Below are positions 55,311-64,000 of a stretch of DNA of 64,000 nt, piece by piece; within the stretch, counting starts at the first letter, position 1; every line of letters begins with the position of its first letter. Source of the DNA: Eledone cirrhosa (lineage: Eukaryota). The notes beneath the pieces are model-generated. The model had not been told where the DNA came from, did no database searches, and was given only the letters and a program-made list of their open reading frames with translations. Position numbers and translations under genes: made by a program. Location: contig OZ024743.1 of the NCBI GenBank assembly GCA_964016885.1, forward strand, positions 241,428,001 to 241,492,000. The letters run 5' to 3'.

Positions 55311-56018
55311 TGTGTGTGTGTCTGTGTGTGTGTGTGTGTAGCAGAGTAATTCGTTGAGGGATGGTCAGTAGGAATGTGTCTGTAAGTGTGTGGGGGGATA
55401 TTTTAACATGTTAAAAGATATTTTTCAGCTCTTGTCTTATACGGAGAAGTGTGTGTGTGTGTGTGTGTGTATGTCTCTTTGTATGTTAATGTACGCGTGT
55501 GTATGTGTGTGTGTATATATATGTGTGTGTGTGTGTATATGTGTGTGTGTATATGTGTGTGTGTGTGTGAGAATGTGTGTGTGTGTGGGGGTGGACCAGT
55601 ATTTTTTGTGATACTGGTAAAATGGTGTACATTATTCGATATTTTCAGTAAAAAGGATTCTCTCAATAGAACATCAAAAACCTTAATAAAAGGTGGCATA
55701 ATACCAAGGTGTGTGTGAGTGTCCAGATTGTACGTACTGCAAGGGGAATCCATTAGGCCTTGCCGTATTGGAATGCTTGTGTACAAATATGCATGTGCCC
55801 ATCAGTGTGCAATGCATGTGTGCGTTTATGTATGTGTGTGTGTCGGCACGTTTATATCTATAGACATCAAAAGGTATGCAAATTTGTGTATATTTGTGTT
55901 GCACCATAGAACATGTGTGTTTACGTATGTCATTGTGTTTATATGTGGATAGAGATGTATGTAGGATGTTTGCTGATGTAGGTATGTATATTGACGTGTG
56001 TATGTTGTGGGTTCGTCT

Positions 56019-56898
56019 TAGGGAGAAGTGTTTAGACGGGGTCCGTATTTGTTAATAAAGTAAGATTCCTTGCTGGGTGTGGGTGGCATTATCTTTAAAT
56101 TTGTAGAGGTGAAAGATTCTGAAGTTGGGATGATTTTGGGCGGCACAGGTATCAATGTGTTCACTCAGTGGTATTTTCCTGTATTCCCGTATTTTAATTT
56201 GGGATCTATAGACAGTCATGCGTTGGCGGAGGCTGTTTTTGGTCTGGCCTATGTAGTGTTCTCGACAACCTGAGCAAGTTAATACATATATTAGATTTTC
56301 TGATGCGCATGTGAAATTGTGTTTTACTATAAAACGTTGTCCTTCTTTGAAATAGAATTCCGAACCCTCTATTAGGTTCATGTATATGCCACAGTTGGGT
56401 CTATTGCATTTTTTTACTGTGGGTTTCGTTGTTGTGGTTGGCAGTACTTTGGCATGTGTTAGGTTGTTTTTCATTGACTTAGATTGTCTTTTGCTCTTTA
56501 TGATATCGTGTGTTCGTAGGATTTGGTTCATTCTATGGTCCTTTTTCAACACAGGGATGTTCTGGAGGATGGTGTCAAAGGCCTCATTTTTGAGAGGGTT
56601 GTGTGTGGAGATGTATGGAAGAGCTTTTAGTTTCGGTTGATTTACTTTAGGATGTCTAAGGTCCTGGGTAATGAGTTTTAGGGCACGTTGGATTCCATTG
56701 TCAATTAGTGATGCAGGGTAGTCCCTGCCTATGGGTGTGTCCTTTAGTTCTTGTAGCCGTAAGTAACAGGTGTTTTTATTGGAGACTATAGTACAGATTC
56801 TCTTGGCTAAGTTGTAGGGAATATTAATTTTAACGTGTCTAGCGTGGCAAGTGTTGAAAGGAAGATATTGCTTGGAGTCTGTGGGCTTGTAGTATATG

Positions 56899-56903
<5 letters not shown>
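56019..56903 (-). pseudogene. Neptune-like PLE fragment: RT thumb, Cys-rich linker, GIY-YIG
   Basis: DIYYKPTDSKQYLPFNTCH...IPYNLAKRICTI; KCNRPNC...FTCASENLIYVLTCSGCREHYIGQTKNSLRQRM...LSEH. Confidence 0.9.
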
Positions 56904-56938
<35 letters not shown>

Positions 56939-56941
<3 letters not shown>

Positions 56942-57202
56942 TGGTTACTTGGTCTAAAATATTGGGCTTACTTTTTTCATATATATATGTTTATGAAAAT
57001 ATTTATTTTTTGTTGGAGAAGGTAAGATATTTTTCCGCAAAAATCTGATTGCACATTTTTGTTTCCATTTGTTGTGCTTGCATTGTTTTGTTTCTATTTT
57101 TTGAAAATGTTTATTCATTATAAAAATTAAATGATAGCCTTCTATATGTAGGTGGGCCCCTTTCATCTCCTGGCAACCAATATTTTTAGACCCTGTCTGC
57201 CA

Positions 57203-57205
<3 letters not shown>
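56939..57205. mobile_element. MITE with ~28-bp TIRs in TA repeats; second copy 59668-59898
   Basis: CAGTGGTTACTTGGTCTAAAATATTGG / CCAATATTTTTAGACCCTGTCTGCCACTG. Confidence 0.75.
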
Positions 57206-57283
<78 letters not shown>

Positions 57284-57374
57284 ATAAAGATTAGTGTATT
57301 CATTTATGCATGCAAACATACATATATAGACACACACGCACAAGCTCACAAACACACACTCGCACACACACACG

Positions 57375-57484
<110 letters not shown>

Positions 57485-57729
57485 GTATAATGCCAAGCAT
57501 CCGAAATTTGAATCTAACTGACATGCAAAAACATACATATATGAATAAGGTAAGCCTAAATCATAGTAGATTCAGATATCCCACCGAGAAAGAGAGAGAG
57601 AGAGAGAGACGGGGGGGGGGGGGGAATTAGGGGCAACATAAATTAAATATTAATTACAGGTTAAAATATAGTCTAGACAGGTGAGAAACAAAACGAGGAT
57701 GTAGTTTATGTAACACCCAAACGATATAG

Positions 57730-58171
57730 AAGTCGACCTTAAGTAGGAGAAATAACATTAAGAAAGACATGAACGACACGCCATCATTTTGTTTTGAAAA
57801 TTCTGAAAGTAGGTTCATGATTATGAATTTTCAAAAGACTTTCGTAGTTGTCTCAGTGGACTAGATGTAGGTACCAGAGAGGCTGGAGATCCTGGCCTTT
57901 AGTTCAATCCTAGTCGACAGCTACATTTCAGTTTTTATTTTACATCCCATAGAAATAAAACTGAAAAGGTTTACCGGGAATTCTATTCCTAAACAGGATC
58001 GAACTTCAGACCAGAATCACCGCCGTCTATGATTCCCCAAATGGGCCGCCAGGACTGTTACGGAAGTGCAATGAAAATTAATAATTATAACCCTACTTTC
58101 AAAATCAAAGTTAAAAGATGTGCTGTCGTTCATGGCTTTCCTAGAGCTATTAGTCATATTTAGGGTCAACT
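57730..58171. other. Old diverged fold-back containing two convergent tRNA-like units; second copy ~60284-60734
   Basis: GAAAGACATGAACGAC/GTCGTTCATGGCTTTC arms; GTAGTTGTC...GTTCAATCC...GACAGCTAC (57844-57924) and a minus-strand homologue with GTTCGATCC; oligo-T runs at the centre. Confidence 0.6.
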
Positions 58172-58344
58172 TGTCAATCTTCTGGCTCTTTGGTAACAAC
58201 CTAATTATTCCTATGTGTGTTTAACTCTTAAATTAATTTAATTTGATTATTTTAACAAACAAATAATATATATATATTATACTGTACCGATTGTGTTGTT
58301 ATTTCTGTTTACCTTCTACATACACACACACACGCACACACACA

Positions 58345-59650
58345 CCACTTTGGCTCCCCTGGACATTCCGCCCACCACCTCACAGACTGTGGCCTACTCC
58401 AATGCTATGGAATACCCGCCACCCGGTCGAACAACGCACAATCTTCACCCTACAGACCCACACACTCCCCGACCTGAACTCCCCACCCCTATTCCTTTAG
58501 CCTTCGACCCCCACACATCCCCCACTAACACCACTAACACACTCCTCCTTTTGACCCCCCCCCCAACTAACAATACTAATACGAACACACACCAACACAC
58601 ACACACCCACACCCACACCTACGTACACCACCCACTTACACACCCAACCACCACTAACCCCCACTTCACACCCGCATTCAACCCCTCCCCCTCCATCTTT
58701 CACATCTACCCATCCTCTCCCCTGTCCACCGCACCTGCGCACACACAGACACACAGTCCTCACCACATACAGACCATTTCTTCACCTGTCATCCTCCTCT
58801 ACTGCTATCTCTTCACCCTGCCTTGACCCTCTGACCACTTCCTGTTGCGCGCGCACCCCACATCTCTCCACTTCCGACCACCACAACCAATGGATTCCAC
58901 ACCATCGGTCATAGATCCAGCTATCCTCTCTACAACATGAGAAATATCCAACACAAATATCGCACACTCCACGGAACTACCTTAGAAACTTACCCACGAA
59001 AAAACACTCACATTTTTTTTCGAGCTACGCCATCTACATCCACACCACGTATAAACACAAACACACACGTGCGCACCCCCACCACATATACACACTCAGC
59101 CTCCGGAATCCCCCCCCCCCCATTCTGACCCCTCTCCATCCACACGCACGCACACGCACGCACACACCGACTTACACCCCACCCCACGCACACACCTTTT
59201 CCTGAATATGGAACCTCGTTCTTCCCCCAACTCGCACATTCACATACACACACACACACACACACACGTACACCTACACCAACACACAAACACCACCTTC
59301 AGCCCTCCCCGCTCGGACCCCCCTCCTCCCTCTCCCACACTCCACCCGCCACCACCCCAACACACCTCAAACCCTTCCACCACTTGTTTATTTTTATGTT
59401 TATTTTTATGTTTATTTTTATTTTTATATGTACTTCTAAAAAAATTGTTTTCCTCCCCCCCTTTCCTAAATGTCTTCCCCCCACCCCACCCCACAAACAC
59501 ACCCTCGGAACTCTCCTCCTCTCCACTGTTCTCCTGATGAAGGGCTTATGCCCGAAACGCCCCCCCCTCCACTCTCAAAAGCGTGAACCTAATAAACACT
59601 TATTTGTACTGTGTCTCTTTTCTGTTCCCATCTAAGTTTTAACTAACTAT
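58345..59650 (+). mobile_element. 3' part of family I PLE with GIY-YIG tail and decayed HHR (59534-59559)
   Basis: VEQRTIFTLQTHTLPDLN; UTR homologous to 18960-19771; CTGATGA-A-GGGC ttat GCCC-GAAA-CG. Confidence 0.85.
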
Positions 59651-59898
59651 ATATATATATATATATACAGGGGCAGACTTGGTCTAAAATATTGGGCTTA
59701 CATTTTTCATATATATATGTTTATAAAAATATTTATGTTTTATTGGAGAAGGTAAGATATTTTTCAGCAAAAATTTGATCGCACTCTTTTGTTTCCAATG
59801 TTTATTCGTTATAAAAATTAAATGATAGCATTCTATATGTAGGTGGGACGCCTGCATCTCCTGGCAACCAATATATTTTTAGACCCTGTCTGCCAATG

Positions 59899-59965
<67 letters not shown>

Positions 59966-60858
59966 AAGGTTAGTCTATTCATTCATGCATGGAAACATAC
60001 ATATATGGACACACACGCAGAAGCTCACACACACACACATATATATATATAATGCCAATCATTGTGAGTTTGAATCTAACTGCCATGCAAAAACATATAT
60101 ATAGGAATAAGGTAAACCCAAATCATAGTAGATTCAAATACCACAGCGAGAAAGAGAGAGAGAGCGGGGGGGGGGAGAAATTAGGTGTAACCGAAATTAA
60201 ATATTAATTGCAGGTTAAAATATAGTCTAGACAGGTTTTGAAACAAAACGAGGATGTAGTTTATGCAACTCCCAAATGATATAGAATTCTACCTTAAGTA
60301 GGAGCAACAACATTAAGAAAGACATGAACGACACGACATCATTTTGTTTTGAAAGTTCTGAAAGTAGGTTCATGATTTTGAATTTTCACAAGATTTTCGT
60401 AGTTGTCTCAGTGGACTAGATGTAGGTACCAGAGACGGTGGAGATCCTTCCATTGGGTTCAATCCTGGTCGACAGTTACAGGTAATCTCTTTCAGTTTTT
60501 ATTTTACATCCATAGGAAAAAAAACTGAAAGGATTTACCGGGAACCCTACTCCCGAGCAGGATCGAACTTGAGACCAGAATCACCGCCGTCTATGATTCC
60601 CCAACTAGGCCGCCGGGACTGCTACGCAAGAACAAGAAATTAATAATTATAAACCTACTTTCAAAATCAAAGTTAAAAGATGTGGAGTCGTTCATGGCTT
60701 TCCTAGACCTATTAGTCATATTTAGGGTCAACTTGGTAACAACCTAAATATTCCTATGTGTGTTTAACTCTTCAATTAATTTAATTTGATTATTTTAACA
60801 AACAATTAATATATACATTATACTGTACCGATTGTGTTGTTATTTCTGTTTACCTTCT

Positions 60859-60953
<95 letters not shown>

Positions 60954-61540
60954 CAGTGGTGGACTGGCCAGGTTGCCCAATGGCAAGTGCTGGCCCACGG
61001 TAACATTACAGGGCCTCCTGTAGTATTTTCAGGGCCAATGTTTAGCATTCAAAAAATACTTGATGTGTATGAGAAAGAATAATTTTTTTTTTTAAATAAA
61101 TAAAACAATGGATGGGTCTTCTGAGACTGTGTCTATATTAAAGCGGGTCTACTGACCTTCAAGTCCGGCCAGGGGATCGGATTTTGCATACATACGCTTT
61201 CACGTTCTACCAAGAATATTTCATCGTGATAAAAACACTAGCGAGATTGTCATGTTTTTGACACAACTAGAATATCCTCCCAACCTGTTGATTGGAAAGC
61301 TTTCTACAGCTGGATGTCATTCCTATAACCAACTACATTACAGTGTGTACAATATGATTTTATTGTGTAGATCATCAAAACTAGCAAGGTTGTCATGTAT
61401 CCAACGACTGAATGCCCTCGCTATCACAAACTACTTTACAATGTGTACTGTGAATGTGCAGACCACCAACATTACAGAGATTCTGTCATTGACGCAACTA
61501 AGGGAACACGTAAACTCTTTTAGGCATGGTTTCTAAAGTG
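60954..61540 (+). mobile_element. Possible hAT-type DNA transposon relic
   Basis: CAGTGGTGGACTGG terminus after TA; SSKL...IQRLNALAI weakly resembles the hAT dimerisation domain. Confidence 0.35.
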
Positions 61541-61849
61541 GCATGCCCTTTCTCCTCTGTACTGACTGCATTCTCGTGGCACCGTTAATAGAGAGGCTGT
61601 TGTTCAATGCCCCAACTGAAAAGTCTTATCTGCTCTGTGGTGTCTGTTGGGGGCGATAGTGGTGGGAGATCTTTATGAAGTTATGGGTGTATGTGGGGAT
61701 TTGGCGGGGTCATGAGTAAGGTGAGTGGGGTGATTGATAGTATGTGGGGAGAGGGAATGTAAGGGTGTGGTCAATAGTGTGAAGGAGTGTAATGATGGAT
61801 TAATAACTAAGGCGTGTTAGTGATGGACAAGGATAAACAAAAGTGGACT

Positions 61850-62340
61850 GAAGAGAGGATAAACCCCCACTTGCTCTTCATATTCATCACTGTTCTATTT
61901 ACCAATTCTCATTTTGCCGGTTTCACCTTTATACATCGCTTGCACGGCCCTCAAGCCATTCGACTACACCTAGATTCGTAAGTGCCCACCAGATTATAGT
62001 GCATCAAGGGCCCTCTCCATATCTACAAAAGCCATATACAGTCACTCTCAACTAAGTACCTCAACCGTAGTTGTCTAACAAGAGACAAGGGCATCGTTAG
62101 CATCCCTGCTGGACTTAAATCCAAAATACATCTCATCTAACTTGATTCAGTCCTTAATTAATTCTGCTATAACCGTTTCAGCAGCTTTTATGACCTGGTC
62201 CTTCAGCCTGAACTCTCTGTAGTGGTTTCTCTCTAGTGCATCTCCTTGCCCTTGTAGCAATTTACAATGATACTGCTGGCCCAGTCATTGGGTATGTTCC
62301 CTTCCTTTACCACTTGATTAACTATGCGTATGACCTGCTT
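61850..62340 (-). pseudogene. RTE-clade reverse transcriptase fragment
   Basis: PNDWASSIIVNCYKGK; DEMYFGF...DA; LYMAFVDMERALD. Confidence 0.7.
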
Positions 62341-62703
62341 ATATTTATAATATAAATATGATTATTATTGCTAGCTTGTTTATTAGTAATGGTATGTTTA
62401 TTAGTACTACCACATTTATTAACGAAGGGATCGATAACATATAGATTCCTGGTACCAACTATTACTAATATAATCGATTATACCTTTCCAGATCCTTAAT
62501 ATACGAGGCCTAATAATTGTTATAAATAGCCATTACTACATGTATTAACTATTTCGATATGACCTCTCACTATAACCTCTAGTTTTAAAGTGTCCATATT
62601 TGAATTAAAACTTTCCAGTATAAATTTACGTAAGAATCTTTTATGTTGTAAACGTGAAGTTAATGACAAAGCTAGTTATATTATTACTCTTATATTCTTA
62701 TAA

Positions 62704-62892
62704 GGGCGGGGGATTGGCAGTATCGGTAGAGAGTCGGACGCCATGCTTTCCAGCATAGTTACGTCCCGTTACGTTCTGAATTCAAATCCCGCCGAGGTTT
62801 ACTTTGCCTTTCATCCTTACGAGGTCGATAAAATAAAGTACCAGTAATGCACTGGGTAATTGCTGGCCTTGTGCCTAAAGTAGAAACAATTA
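62704..62892 (+). mobile_element. tRNA-derived SINE
   Basis: GGCGGGGGATTGGCAGTATCGGTAG...TTCAAATCCCGCCGAGG...GGCCTTGTGCCTAAAGTAGAAAC. Confidence 0.88.
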
Positions 62893-62899
62893 TTACTCT

Positions 62900-63140
62900 T
62901 ATATTCTAATGACAAAGTTAGTTATATTAGTTATATTCGTATAACAAAACTAGTTATACTACAGTCATATTCTAATGTCAAAGTTAGTTATGCTACGGTT
63001 ATGTTCTTATGACAAAACTAGTTATACTATGTTATATCCTTATGTCAACGTCAGTTATACTATGTTATGGTTTAATAACAAAGCTAGTTATACTCAGTCA
63101 TATTCTAAGACAAAGCTAGTTTTACTACTTTTATGACTAA
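62900..63140. repeat. Degenerate ~30-bp tandem repeat (ATGACAAAGCTAGTTATACT-like)
   Basis: Motif recurs about 8 times. Confidence 0.7.
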
Positions 63141-63299
63141 ACATCAAATTAATGACAGAATTATTCGCAGTGCTTAATTGCCTTTATATTTCGATTAAAA
63201 TGCAGCTCTGGTCAACGACTTTTACTTACGAAGATTTAAATGAATTTGCCTTAACCCATTCGTTACCACATTTTTCATAAAAGGCATTGCCTCTGATTT

Positions 63300-63815
63300 T
63301 CAACTAGTACAACAACAACAATAACATCTAGCACAAGAACTAGTTCAACAATATTAACAACAACAACAAAACACAGGGCAACTACAACAACAACAACAAT
63401 AACAACTAGCACAAGAACTAGTTCAACAATAACAACAACAACAAAATACAGGGCACCTACAGCAACAACAACTGGTGCTACAACAACAACAACAACAATA
63501 ACAACTAGCACAAGAACTAGTTCAACAATAACAACAACAAAATACAGGGCACCTACAGCAATAACAACTGGTGCTACAACAACAAAAATAACAACAACTA
63601 ATGCTTCAACAAAAAACAAATAGTGCTACTACAACATCAACAACAACAACTACTACTGCTATAACACCAAGTTACATCTAGTATAAAAACAACAACTACA
63701 ACAACAACAATAATAATAACATCTAGTATAAAAACAATAACAAGCACTACTACAACAACAACAATAACATCTAGTATAAAAACAGCAACTAGTACATCAG
63801 CAATAACAACAAGAA
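63300..63815. repeat. (AAC)n-derived low-complexity minisatellite
   Basis: Repeated CTAGCACAAGAACTAGTTCAACAAT and CATCTAGTATAAAAAC blocks. Confidence 0.85.
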
Positions 63816-64000
63816 TTGTTACAAATGATTTGCAGGATTATGATTGATGAGTACAAGCTTGGCGTGGTCAAATTTGCCTCGTTTCAGGATCGATGAAATC
63901 AATATCAATTAAAAATATACTGTTGGGATGGAGAAGTATAGCAGCCAGCAGGTAATATTTCCTTACTCCCTAGAAATACCATTTCTTGTTGTTGTAGTTG

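Noticed and set aside
57844-57924. Bona fide tRNA-Sec or tRNA-Ser gene
   Set aside because: Only partial D- and T-loop resemblance; no convincing anticodon arm

Overview
Repeat-dense, AT-rich animal genomic DNA. The (TA)n/(CA)n microsatellites, TTAGGG repeats and SINE types suggest a mollusc, probably an octopus, but this is inference only. I recognise no host protein-coding exon; most ORFs in the track are translated microsatellites. Identifiable coding remnants are all transposon-derived: Penelope-like element (PLE) RT and GIY-YIG fragments, a Dong/R4-type RLE retrotransposon, three stacked L1/Tx1 copies, an RTE fragment and possible hAT/Helitron relics. The main observation is a set of about eight sequence-unrelated families of short, mostly non-coding elements in (TA)n tracts that carry type I hammerhead ribozyme (HHR) motifs. 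Most have a palindromic stem III, several have long stem II inserts, and one has a compensatory U3-A8 core. They recur as head-to-head fold-backs with both 3' ends outward, one long and one short terminus, and ends at internal TA-like words. Two families show 421-nt and 489-nt tandem or permuted monomers, as expected for retrozyme-like multimeric or circular RNA templates mobilised by PLE enzymes. All structures and counts were made by eye and boundaries are approximate.
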